From a virus: 64,000 nt of DNA. Both the position numbers and the translations under genes were made by a program. A model generated the notes under the pieces. The model saw only the letters and a program-made list of their open reading frames with translations, was not told the origin of the DNA and searched no databases. Positions within the stretch are counted from its first letter, which is position 1. Each line of letters opens with the position of its first letter. The stretch spans positions 1-64,000 of IMG/VR virus record IMGVR_UViG_3300042934_000861. One strand, written 5' to 3'. This document shows, in pieces, positions 37,577-46,000 of this stretch.

Positions 37577-37727
37577 AAAAGAGCATGGCCAACCAATACG
37601 AAAGATAATAGTTGATGCACTTAATATGCATGGTAGCGTTGAAATAGCAGCAGAAATATTAGGGTATTCGGATAGGCATATGCGATGCTTGGTGCGCAAA
37701 TTTGGAATACATAGAAAGTGGATGTAA
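37545..37727 (+). CDS. Fis-type HTH protein
   Basis: ALNMHGSVEIAAEILGYSDRHMRCLVRKFGI. Confidence 0.7.
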   Translation: MIFLSKARALEKEHGQPIRKIIVDALNMHGSVEIAAEILGYSDRHMRCLVRKFGIHRKWM

Positions 37728-37770
37728 TAGAAAAGCCGCCACCCCCGAAGGATGAGCGGCATTACCCCGG

Positions 37771-37995
37771 CTATTGCTGGGGTTCTTCTACGTCCGGCAC
37801 ATATTCCAATAGGTCCCCTGCTGAACACTTAAATAGTTTACAGAGAGAGTCCAATGTGCCGAAATTGATAGCTTTTACCTTATCGTGGTATAGGAATGCC
37901 ACGGTATTTCTAGCGAGTCCTGTCTCGTCGCAAACATCTTGAATGTTCATTTTGTACATTCCCATATATGTAGATAAATTGCATTTTATTGCCAT
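37771..37995 (-). CDS. XRE/HTH_26 regulator divergent from small-gene cassette (Aca-like position)
   Basis: NLSTYMG...DVCDETGLARNTV...TLDSLCKLFKCSAGDLLEY; AGGAGG RBS. Confidence 0.85.
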   Translation of the reverse strand: MAIKCNLSTYMGMYKMNIQDVCDETGLARNTVAFLYHDKVKAINFGTLDSLCKLFKCSAGDLLEYVPDVEEPQQ

Positions 37996-38071
37996 GATTA
38001 TCCCTCCTGCCAATATAATAACAAACCGAACTAAAATAATCAAGTTTTTAATCATTTTAATTGATGTCCTA

Positions 38072-38137
38072 TTGACAATGTGAATAGACTTCGCTATATT
38101 ATAGTTAAGGAGTTAATCATATTGATTATGTGATTAA
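38072..38137 (+). promoter_or_regulatory. Strong sigmaA promoter with downstream inverted repeat
   Basis: TTGACA-N17-TATATT (38072-38100); TTAATCAT...GTGATTAA (38113-38137). Confidence 0.8.
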
Positions 38138-38156
38138 ATAAGTGGAGGCGGTAAGA

Positions 38157-38546
38157 ATGGCAAACTATAAACTTAATGTTTTGATTGAGGCGGTAAACGA
38201 ATATTTTTATGCTGAGCAAGAACTAAAAATCTTTCTGAAAACTTGGGTCCCTGGCTGGTGGGAAAGTAAAACCGCTAAAGAGCGTGAGGATTATACGAAA
38301 TATACTGAGCGCAGCCAGGAAAAATACAACACAGTAAACATGCTTTGCAAATTAATAAACATTGATATGAAGGATCTGTTCTCAATAATAAAATGCATGA
38401 ACCGTTACGAACGACTAACAAAATGGGAAAAGTGTCTCCACATCTCTCATCTCATTGACGAAAACGTCAGGCGTTTTTTAGCAATTAGTGATGAATTGGA
38501 ACATTATTACAAAAGCACAGGGCGCAGAAGAATGTACGCAGAGTGA
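38157..38546 (+). CDS. Hypothetical protein, first of cassette
   Basis: GGAGG RBS; stop codon lies inside ribozyme. Confidence 0.75.
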   Translation: MANYKLNVLIEAVNEYFYAEQELKIFLKTWVPGWWESKTAKEREDYTKYTERSQEKYNTVNMLCKLINIDMKDLFSIIKCMNRYERLTKWEKCLHISHLIDENVRRFLAISDELEHYYKSTGRRRMYAE

Positions 38547-38597
38547 GCCAGGTTAACCCCTGGCCTAATGCTGGCAGGCAGACGGTCACAACCACCG
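38538..38597 (+). ncRNA. Twister self-cleaving ribozyme (P5-type permutation)
   Basis: P2 GCA/UGC, GA, T1 GUGA/UCAC, P1 GCCAGG/CCUGGC, C-U^AA cleavage loop, T2 (U)GG/CC(A), P4 CGG/CCG. Confidence 0.75.
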
Positions 38598-38622
38598 ATA
38601 GCCAGATAAAAGGAGTGATACG

Positions 38623-38796
38623 ATGAAAAAGCAATATTGCCCATATTGCGGGGCGCACCTTAACGAAAGATGTGGTTGCGAACGTGAATTGGCAGAAGCG
38701 GAAGCAGAATGGATTGAGGAATACGAAAACAGGCCAGACACGCAAGCAAGGGAACATTTCAACGATATACTTGAAATGTGGAGGAATGAGAGGTAA
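38623..38796 (+). CDS. 57-aa Cys-containing acidic ORF (not in track)
   Basis: MKKQYCPYCGAHLNERCGCERELAE...; AGGAG RBS. Confidence 0.75.
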   Translation: MKKQYCPYCGAHLNERCGCERELAEAEAEWIEEYENRPDTQAREHFNDILEMWRNER

Positions 38797-38834
38797 TTAC
38801 AGTCCTGATAGCCAGAATATACGGAGGTAATAAA

Positions 38835-39107
38835 ATGAGAAGAGGAAACACATCAAGGTATGATAATAACAACGCCACTTTAGAAGAGGAAATTGAGCGC
38901 CGAAAATACATGCTCTCAGCTTTAAGGGCAGACGAAAACCCTGATGGCTCTAAGCCTTATGCTCTTGCATATGGGTTTGTCGATAACCAAGGGCGCAAGA
39001 AACTTTTAAGACGTTGCCCTGTTTTTCCCACATTCACAAGCTTTGACCGGTATATAAGGAGGCATAAGCAAACGGTTCTCGCTGTATACAATCTTAACGC
39101 AGAGTAA
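38835..39107 (+). CDS. Hypothetical basic protein
   Basis: GGAGG RBS. Confidence 0.72.
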   Translation: MRRGNTSRYDNNNATLEEEIERRKYMLSALRADENPDGSKPYALAYGFVDNQGRKKLLRRCPVFPTFTSFDRYIRRHKQTVLAVYNLNAE

Positions 39108-39133
39108 CGGCATTCGGTAAGGAGGATTTTACA

Positions 39134-39331
39134 ATGGCAATGACAGTTAACGGCGTATCTACAACTAAGGATTTAGGCCAGGAGCAATACGAAAAATTCC
39201 GCAATTCAGCTAATAAAAAAACATATGTAGCCTACGACTACCGGCACACTAACGGCAACCTATTTAGCTGTGTACGCCCTGCCTTGGAGGCTTGCCGAGC
39301 AGAGCGCGACAAGTGGATTACTAAACAATAA
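39134..39331 (+). CDS. DUF3873-like small protein
   Basis: MTVNGVST...GQEQYEKF...YDYRHT.G.LFSCV.P.LE.CR..RDKW. Confidence 0.75.
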   Translation: MAMTVNGVSTTKDLGQEQYEKFRNSANKKTYVAYDYRHTNGNLFSCVRPALEACRAERDKWITKQ

Positions 39332-39353
39332 CGCAATTAAAGGGGGATTTGAA

Positions 39354-39629
39354 ATGGACTTACCAGTATATGAAAAAATCGGTCAAATAACAGAGGATGA
39401 GTTTAAAAAGCTACAGTTTAGCACGAGACAACAAGCTATGCTTAAAAAATTTATGGGATTATCAGCCAAGGATAAGTACCAATTAGGGGACACTACGATA
39501 GTTATTAAAGATGCTGAATTATACGGGCTATACAAATATGACCACAAAGGACGCAACATTTACTACTTAATAGCAAATATAATTGATGATCACATGGCCT
39601 TTTCCTGGAATCTATACCCAGTTAATTAA
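39354..39629 (+). CDS. Hypothetical protein
   Basis: AGGGGG RBS. Confidence 0.7.
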   Translation: MDLPVYEKIGQITEDEFKKLQFSTRQQAMLKKFMGLSAKDKYQLGDTTIVIKDAELYGLYKYDHKGRNIYYLIANIIDDHMAFSWNLYPVN

Positions 39630-39652
39630 CTTGCCTACAAGGAGGAACTAAC

Positions 39653-39844
39653 ATGCGTAAGATAACACGGAAATATAAAGGATGGACAATTAAGCAGGAT
39701 TTGGAATGCAGCGGCGACGGTATCAGTCACGACGTTTACCGTTGCTATACGCCGGATGAAATGGAATATCCGGCTAACATGAGATCATCTGAATGGGATG
39801 CTGGCAGTATGCAAGAGGCTGAGGTTTTTATTGATAGCTATTAG
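39653..39844 (+). CDS. Small acidic hypothetical protein
   Basis: AGGAGG RBS; YKGWTI...EAEVFID. Confidence 0.72.
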   Translation: MRKITRKYKGWTIKQDLECSGDGISHDVYRCYTPDEMEYPANMRSSEWDAGSMQEAEVFIDSY

Positions 39845-39872
39845 GAAAAAAATCTTGAGAATAATTGCAATT

Positions 39873-39909
39873 TGTCGCCTAACTAGTGTTGGGCGGCATT
39901 TTTTATTTT
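39873..39909 (+). terminator. Rho-independent terminator closing the cassette
   Basis: TGTCGCCTAAC-TAGT-GTTGGGCGGCA then T-run. Confidence 0.85.
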
Positions 39910-39932
39910 CAACAGATACTTTGTAAATTTCA

Positions 39933-39949
39933 TTTCGGAATCTCCGAAA
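39933..39949. promoter_or_regulatory. Remote copy of the repressor operator
   Basis: TTTCGG-AATCT-CCGAAA, same arms and spacing as operators at 8580-8692. Confidence 0.7.
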
Positions 39950-40006
39950 ACGGAGAAAACCCTGTTTTATACTACAAGTAAGATCAAGTAGTAGGGGGAA
40001 TAAACG

Positions 40007-40327
40007 ATGGGAATTAATGACGTGGGCAGAGCTTGTGGGATTGGAAGTATGGGCCCAACAAGTTCTAAGGTTGCGACAGTTGAATCGCTTATTCATCGAC
40101 TAAGAGATAGTGCCGAAAGAAATCGGCGTTTATCAAATTCCTTATTGGATGCTGTTATCAGGCCTGAACCTGCAAAATGTCAGGTGCCATCTAATGAAGC
40201 GATGAAAGTCGTAACGCTTGAGGAACATTTACGCGACTTATTAAACGATATTGAAAGTAACAATGGGCGGCTAGAAGAAATGTGTGGAATAATCGATAGT
40301 CAGTTTGGAAGCTTGAAGTTAGTATGA
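40007..40327 (+). CDS. Hypothetical coiled-coil protein
   Basis: GGGGG RBS. Confidence 0.65.
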   Translation: MGINDVGRACGIGSMGPTSSKVATVESLIHRLRDSAERNRRLSNSLLDAVIRPEPAKCQVPSNEAMKVVTLEEHLRDLLNDIESNNGRLEEMCGIIDSQFGSLKLV

Positions 40328-40409
40328 TCCTGATTAGTAAGATTATCTGTTTGATATTGGGGCATAAATACCCGCCTTATCGGTTCTCCCAGTGTGAGCG
40401 CTGCGGCAA

Positions 40410-40814
40410 GTGATGAAACAATCCCCATTGAAAAGGCGAAGCTCGCTGCAAGCTAAAACTAGGCTGAGCAGTCGAGCTTCGCTAAAGTCCCGGGGAAAGA
40501 TTAAAGCTAAAAGCAATAAGAAGAAGCCGGGGCGCTTATATGGTGAAGAGTTAATAGAGCTCTATGAATTTGTTTGGAAAAGGGATAATAAACGCTGCAT
40601 CTTTTGTGACCGGCCGATTCCACAAGGAACGATACCGCACCATGAGAAGCCAAAGGGCCGGGGTGGTAAGGATCGGAAAGAAGATATGGTAATGTTATGC
40701 CAGGATGCGCCGGTGAATCCGTGCCACTACAGGCGACATAATGGTCCTGGTAGCCAAGAGTTACGGCAGTTTTGTTTGGACTATTTGTATAAACGGTATC
40801 CGGATACGAAGTGA
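40410..40814 (+). CDS. HNH endonuclease
   Basis: RD..RCIFC...HH...GG......LC......CH...H. Confidence 0.85.
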   Translation: MMKQSPLKRRSSLQAKTRLSSRASLKSRGKIKAKSNKKKPGRLYGEELIELYEFVWKRDNKRCIFCDRPIPQGTIPHHEKPKGRGGKDRKEDMVMLCQDAPVNPCHYRRHNGPGSQELRQFCLDYLYKRYPDTK

Positions 40815-41383
40815 GGGTTGTTTCTATGAAAAAAGCAAGGCTATTGGTAACACTGGAATGTCCGCGGTCCTGTGAGGGCTGCTGCAACGATAATCTGAAG
40901 CTGGACAAAATAGCGATTTTACCAAGCATTGATCAGCTGCTGCAGTACGATGAAGTGATTATATCAGGCGGGGAGCCAATGCTAATACCGGGAAAGGTAA
41001 TGGAGTTTTGCCAAACTCTGCGTCAAATGGAGTATACTGGCCAGATTTATATGTACTCAGCATTGTATAACCATACGTTGCGAGAGGAATATGTTGGATT
41101 GCTAAGGCGTACAGGTGTGGGTATAAAGCCGCTTTTAAATGGTTTACACTTCACGGTTCACAACGAAGCCGGAGATAGGGAGATAAATGAATTAAAGCAG
41201 CTATCTAAGTTCTTGCAAATATTCTCCGATAAGCAGCTGCGTCTTGCGATTGATGGCCGGTTATATGAACGATTCGATTTCTCTAACATTGAATTTTCGG
41301 CATGGGACGTTGTGAGGAAGTTGCAATGGAAAGACGATTGCCCTCTACCGAGCGGGGAAGAGTTGTTCATTTATAATTTATAG
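40811..41383 (+). CDS. Short radical SAM protein
   Basis: CPRSCEGC (CxxxCxxC), SGGEP; 190 aa. Confidence 0.88.
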   Translation: MRVVSMKKARLLVTLECPRSCEGCCNDNLKLDKIAILPSIDQLLQYDEVIISGGEPMLIPGKVMEFCQTLRQMEYTGQIYMYSALYNHTLREEYVGLLRRTGVGIKPLLNGLHFTVHNEAGDREINELKQLSKFLQIFSDKQLRLAIDGRLYERFDFSNIEFSAWDVVRKLQWKDDCPLPSGEELFIYNL

Positions 41384-41417
41384 CGTATTTGTATGGTCCT
41401 AAAGTGAGGTAGAAGTT

Positions 41418-41861
41418 ATGACGTTGGAAGAAGTGCAAAAGTCAGTGTTGTCTCTACGTGGAGTCTATGCGGCAATAGCAGCGCTTGAAAATAAACCAAT
41501 TACATCGAAAGAATTTATCTTAACCAAATTGCAATATATTTCAGCTGTGAAGGTTAGAGTTGGCGAGTTGGCTGGTGAAGCACTGGAAATAAGTAAAATG
41601 GCAGAAGGGGATCGGAAATCTGATACCGCCAGTGAATGGACCAAAAGACATGTAGATTATGTTGAAACAAAAAAGTCTTTTACTGCTAAACAGTTAGATA
41701 TGGAAGCGGAAGCAGCAATGCGACAAAAGCGCCGGGATGAGGCAGCAGCTGCAGGTCTGTATGAAAAGTTGAAAAATCTCCGAGCAGACCTTGAAGGGGT
41801 AGAAAATACCTTGAAATTCAAGGGGCGTATGCTTTACGGAGATTGGAAAGATTCGAACTAA
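41418..41861 (+). CDS. Helical coiled-coil phage protein
   Basis: Ala/Glu/Lys-rich helices. Confidence 0.65.
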   Translation: MTLEEVQKSVLSLRGVYAAIAALENKPITSKEFILTKLQYISAVKVRVGELAGEALEISKMAEGDRKSDTASEWTKRHVDYVETKKSFTAKQLDMEAEAAMRQKRRDEAAAAGLYEKLKNLRADLEGVENTLKFKGRMLYGDWKDSN

Positions 41862-42034
41862 GGGGGATTATTCAATGTGGTTGATAACCAAATTTTAAGG
41901 ATATGCGGTACATGTAAATTTTGGGCCGTACCCGGGCTAAAGGAAGTAATGCCGAAAGTGCCTGCTTGCGCAAAGTGCGGTTCCAACATTGAACGCCCTG
42001 GTTGGGAGCTCAAAGAGAAAGGAGATAAATAATT

Positions 42035-42229
42035 ATGGAATGGCCGACGGCAGTTACTATAGTTGGATTAGCAGTAAGTTCTCCTGTTTGGGTTGGCACT
42101 GTTTTTTTTCTGATTTTGTTAATTATTACATTTTCAATCGTAATATGTGCTTTGCTGGTATACGCATTTAAGAGGCTAAAAGACAAGTTCATTAATAGGA
42201 AAGCTCAGAGTAAGGCAGGGGCCAAATGA
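42035..42229 (+). CDS. Small membrane protein
   Basis: Long hydrophobic stretch; AGGAG RBS. Confidence 0.6.
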   Translation: MEWPTAVTIVGLAVSSPVWVGTVFFLILLIITFSIVICALLVYAFKRLKDKFINRKAQSKAGAK

Positions 42230-42738
42230 AGCCGTTAACATGGGAAGAGATGCAAGCGCAGGATAAGCAGGCTATTGATTGGTTGCTTAACTTCCCCGAC
42301 AAACGAAGAGCGTACTTTGAAAGCATGGCCAAAATGTACAATGCAAATGGTGAGTACGCGAGTGAAGTAGCCGCAACATTGTACACCGGCATGCCAAAAG
42401 GATCTGGAGTTGGCCGTCCGGCAGAAGAAAAAGCAATTGGCCTGGTTGAATTGAGTCAGCAAAACTTGTGGATTATGACGATTGAAGATGTCTATAAGGT
42501 GTTGTCGCCTAAGAAGCTTATATTCTTAGAGGCGCGTCGGCAGGCAGAAATAACCTATTACGATGCAAAGCAAGGACGGCCAGGTTGGGTAGAGGACACG
42601 GCCAAGCAATACTGCACACTAATTGAACGACAATTCTTTGGGTTTCACCATTTGCCAAGTGGTAAAACAGTGAAAAGCTGGTGGAAGGACATAGTTAATA
42701 TAACAGTGCGGATCGCGCAGCGCAGGGGGTGCTTATAG
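42226..42738 (+). CDS. Probable late transcriptional activator (ArpU/RinA-like)
   Basis: GMPKGSGVGRPAEEKA..L, IEDVYKVL, C-terminal HTH-like SGKTVKSWW; end of early region. Confidence 0.65.
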   Translation: MKPLTWEEMQAQDKQAIDWLLNFPDKRRAYFESMAKMYNANGEYASEVAATLYTGMPKGSGVGRPAEEKAIGLVELSQQNLWIMTIEDVYKVLSPKKLIFLEARRQAEITYYDAKQGRPGWVEDTAKQYCTLIERQFFGFHHLPSGKTVKSWWKDIVNITVRIAQRRGCL

Positions 42739-42953
42739 TGCCAAAATGTTCTAATTGTGGTGTAGATGTTAATATAACACCAGAATACCGGTATAACAAT
42801 GATCCGATGTTTCATAGAGTTGTAGATACATTACTCAGTCTTATTATTAAGAATGAGCTCACACCTATTGAGGTACGGGAGGCAGCTAATTATGCTGCAT
42901 ATAGGCATGAAATATTGAGCCCGCCGGTAAGTTGTTGGGGTGGGAGGAAATGA
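42738..42953 (+). CDS. Hypothetical protein
   Basis: CSNC; RYNNDPMFHRVVD. Confidence 0.6.
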   Translation: MPKCSNCGVDVNITPEYRYNNDPMFHRVVDTLLSLIIKNELTPIEVREAANYAAYRHEILSPPVSCWGGRK

Positions 42954-43216
42954 AACAAAAAAGGTTTTGGGCCAGCTGGTACTCAGGTAACTATGAGGAC
43001 GAAGGTTGCACTAAGCCGCCCTTTAAATTTTGGGTAAGCGGGTATAGTGATCGCAACGATGATTCCGGCAGGGATGACTGTGCAATATGTGCGGTAGTTG
43101 ATGCTGAAGATGAGGAAGCATTGTGGAAAGTGGTTGAAAAGCATTTCCCTGATTATCGAAAAAGGTTCTGTGATGAAAAGGCTGCGGATTATGTTCCAGG
43201 TGGAAGATTTCAATAA
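42950..43216 (+). CDS. Hypothetical protein
   Basis: RFWASW...WVSG...PGGRF. Confidence 0.7.
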   Translation: MKQKRFWASWYSGNYEDEGCTKPPFKFWVSGYSDRNDDSGRDDCAICAVVDAEDEEALWKVVEKHFPDYRKRFCDEKAADYVPGGRFQ

Positions 43217-43404
43217 AAATGTTTTAGGGTACCCCAAAACCCCTATATAACTAAGATATACTGGGTTTGTGGGAGTATAGCCCAAGGCTTATTTTGCTTT
43301 CGCGGGGATTGAGAGCCCTTGTGAAAGGTACCTCCTCCTTTTATATATATGGTGCCAGTAGGGGATGGCTGGCACCAATGCAAATTGCCGAAAGGATGAT
43401 ATAT

Positions 43405-43644
43405 ATGAGTACGCTTGAAAAGGTAAGAGAAGTAATTGTCGATTGCCTTTGCGTGGATGAAGTAGATGTAACTATGGATTCCAGACTTATAGCGGATCTT
43501 GGTGCTGATTCACTTGATTTGGTAGAGCTTCTAATGGACTTGGAAGAAGAGTTCGATATAGAAGTGCCGGATGATGAAGCAGAAAAGTTTAAAACGGTTG
43601 GCCAGGTTGTTGAATACATTGATAAGCGGCAAGCCACAAAATGA
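43405..43644 (+). CDS. acpP: Acyl carrier protein
   Basis: [33 protein letters not shown]; 79 aa, acidic. Confidence 0.93.
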   Translation: MSTLEKVREVIVDCLCVDEVDVTMDSRLIADLGADSLDLVELLMDLEEEFDIEVPDDEAEKFKTVGQVVEYIDKRQATK

Positions 43645-43674
43645 TAAGATGTTGTTTAATATGCCGAGGACTGC

Positions 43675-44211
43675 TTAATCGGAGAATGTTGGAGATTGAT
43701 AATAAGAACTTGGGATAACCCTTTTAGTTTCTTCAAACTCAATTATTGCTTGCTTAAACTCTTTGCTATATAGCTTGTAAGTATATGCCTTGAGTAAACA
43801 TAAAACAGCAATGCTAAAGAGGTATTGGTAACTGACTGTGTTGTCAGAAACGAATTCGAGCATGCCATTTCGGCAGGATTCTGTGAGTATTTTAGTTTCG
43901 TGATAGTAGGCTGATAACGTATGAAAGTGCGAATTATCCATGTTAACCATTGTGTTTTTAGATGCTTCCCACTCTTTTGTTTCTATGAAGATGTAGAGAT
44001 CTTTGGATTGCAGCTTAGGTGTATTGCTCTTTTTACCCCATTTCGCTAAAATCTTTCCATGAGCTTCTACCTCAAATTGCAACAAAATAGCTGAATTACG
44101 GATAGCTTGATGTTCCTTTCTTTGTTGAAGCTTCATCGTAACATATAAAACAATTAAACTGGCTAACGCGCCTTGCAGTAAAATTTCAAATCCTTTTGAT
44201 ATATAGTCCAT
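43675..44211 (-). CDS. Moron: N-terminal TM, helical protein
   Basis: AAGGAGG RBS; opposite strand; own promoter. Confidence 0.75.
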   Translation of the reverse strand: MDYISKGFEILLQGALASLIVLYVTMKLQQRKEHQAIRNSAILLQFEVEAHGKILAKWGKKSNTPKLQSKDLYIFIETKEWEASKNTMVNMDNSHFHTLSAYYHETKILTESCRNGMLEFVSDNTVSYQYLFSIAVLCLLKAYTYKLYSKEFKQAIIEFEETKRVIPSSYYQSPTFSD

Positions 44212-44235
44212 AATACCCTCCTTAAATCCACGAAA

Positions 44236-44266
44236 TTAATTCGAGAATTGACAAATGAAAACCTGC
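44236..44266 (-). promoter_or_regulatory. Putative sigmaH-type promoter for moron
   Basis: Minus strand GCAGGTTTT-N13-TCGAATTAA. Confidence 0.45.
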
Positions 44267-44300
44267 AAGGTGCATTGTTATTATGAGATGGGAGGATATA

Positions 44301-44417
44301 ATGAAAGAGGCAACAAAGCAGCAGAGTAACGTAGAAAAGAACGAAGTACCTATTAAAAAGCAGCGAATCATAAGTGCAGCAGTGTTTAAATATTTTGAGT
44401 ATGTGCCGTCCGAATAA
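44301..44417 (+). CDS. 38-aa ORF (not in track)
   Basis: GGAGG RBS, MKEATKQQ...YVPSE. Confidence 0.45.
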   Translation: MKEATKQQSNVEKNEVPIKKQRIISAAVFKYFEYVPSE

Positions 44418-44559
44418 GGGCGGCTTTATTATTTGTCGGGGGATGAACGAATGAGCGAAAGAACGTGCTATGAAAGAACTTGTCCGTACTATTCATCTGA
44501 GTATCATGAGTGTGCGAGGCAACACCACATGCCTTGTAAAGATAGGAGGAAAGAGCCTA

Positions 44560-44859
44560 ATGGACCAAGCGCAAGGGAGATTTCAGGCAATAGGAAATCG
44601 AATCGGCCAACTGGTGGACCAAAAGGATAAAGCCTACGGTGAGGCCATAACAACAGTAGAAGGTGTACTGCGTATCTTGTACCCGGGTGGAATAAACCTG
44701 GAACAATTCAAAGATGCTCTAATCATTGTGCGTATCTTAGATAAGTTCAGCAGAATAGCCAAAGGCGACAAAAAGGCATTTGGTGAGAATCCCTGGGCAG
44801 ATTGCGCTGGTTATTCGATACAGGGCGTGGCCCGTTACGAGGCAGACGATAAAGCATAA
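44560..44859 (+). CDS. Nmad1/DUF1599-like alpha-helical nucleotide-associated protein
   Basis: KDKAYG...RILDKFSR...PWADCAGY. Confidence 0.7.
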   Translation: MDQAQGRFQAIGNRIGQLVDQKDKAYGEAITTVEGVLRILYPGGINLEQFKDALIIVRILDKFSRIAKGDKKAFGENPWADCAGYSIQGVARYEADDKA

Positions 44860-44865
44860 GGATGA

Positions 44866-45531
44866 ATGCTTATGTTCAACAAAGGGGATCGAGTCATTGT
44901 ACCGGTCAAAGGCGTAATACTGAAGCGGCGTAATAAAGCGCAAATGGAAGTGGCAGGGAAAAAGCGTTTCGATATAAAGCTCGAGCTTAACCTGGTAAAT
45001 GAAGATGATACGCCCTGTGACATTGAAACAATTATCATAAAGGACTATAACACTGAGGATATACAGTGTTATGACTGTGAAATATCTCCGGCGCTGCGGG
45101 AATTAGCCGACAAGGTTATCTCGAAGATGCCGGATTTGTGGTTTATAGACGAGTATATAGGCCGCGAGAACATTGCGTTTGTACTTAGCTACGAGCCTAA
45201 AGTGGAGAGGGCAACAGGCAAGATGGTTCATGCCGACTGTCGTAAGGTAAAGCCGCCGTTCAGGGCATTTATGGATTACCAGTACATTATTACGGTGTAC
45301 GAGCCACATGTAGATTATATGAGTGAAGCACAGATGGCCTTGTTGATGTGGCATGAGCTCAAACACATACCGATGTCCGGTAAGTTAGTACCGCACGATG
45401 TAGAAGACTTCAGTGCGATTATTGAAATATATGGGATACATTGGTCAGCGCCTGATGCTGATATTCCAAACATATTGGCAGGTGATGATAATGGCAAGGC
45501 AAAAGGCAGAAAATCAAGAAAAGCCAAATAA
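44866..45531 (+). CDS. Putative phage metallopeptidase
   Basis: LMWHELKH...PHDVEDFSAIIEIYG. Confidence 0.8.
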   Translation: MLMFNKGDRVIVPVKGVILKRRNKAQMEVAGKKRFDIKLELNLVNEDDTPCDIETIIIKDYNTEDIQCYDCEISPALRELADKVISKMPDLWFIDEYIGRENIAFVLSYEPKVERATGKMVHADCRKVKPPFRAFMDYQYIITVYEPHVDYMSEAQMALLMWHELKHIPMSGKLVPHDVEDFSAIIEIYGIHWSAPDADIPNILAGDDNGKAKGRKSRKAK

Positions 45532-46000
45532 GCGGAAGAAGCCTGGAGGTACGAGCAAGCCGAGAAAGAAACCGGTTGCTAAACCTAAAGTTGATGTGCC
45601 TGTTGACGTAATAAAAAGTAATGATTGGGTACCTCACGCAAAACAAATAGCACTCGCTCACTTGCTTGTTAATCCTGAAAACCGCGGTACAAAAGAAAAA
45701 AAAGCGGAAGAAGCCGGGATTACATACAAAACAATGTGGGTTTGGATGAAAGATCCGAATTTCGTTGCGTATCTCAATGGGTTAATACATCAATATACAG
45801 ATGCTGAGACTGCAGAGGTTTGGAAAGCACTTATTCGTAAGGCTAAAATGGGAGATGTATCGGCAATTAAGCTGTTTTTTGAAATGAAAGGCATGTACAA
45901 AGAGCAGAAGAAAGTCGAACATACCGGCGAAGGTGGCGGTCCTGTTGATACTGAGCTCAGGATTATAATTGATTACGGCGATGGTGGGGGCGATGGCTGA
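45491..46000 (+). CDS. terS: Terminase small subunit (HTH type)
   Basis: AEEAGITYKTMWVW..DPNF, GDVSAIKLFF, KVEHTG..GGP; precedes TerL. Confidence 0.85.
   Translation: MARQKAENQEKPNKRKKPGGTSKPRKKPVAKPKVDVPVDVIKSNDWVPHAKQIALAHLLVNPENRGTKEKKAEEAGITYKTMWVWMKDPNFVAYLNGLIHQYTDAETAEVWKALIRKAKMGDVSAIKLFFEMKGMYKEQKKVEHTGEGGGPVDTELRIIIDYGDGGGDG

Noticed and set aside
39097-39125. Second functional twister ribozyme
   Set aside because: Only GCAGAGTAA is present; no P1, UAA-UGC or P4 follows; kept as a remnant
43267-43404. N-terminal extension on the ACP
   Set aside because: ACP similarity and RBS begin at 43405; upstream region looks like structured non-coding sequence
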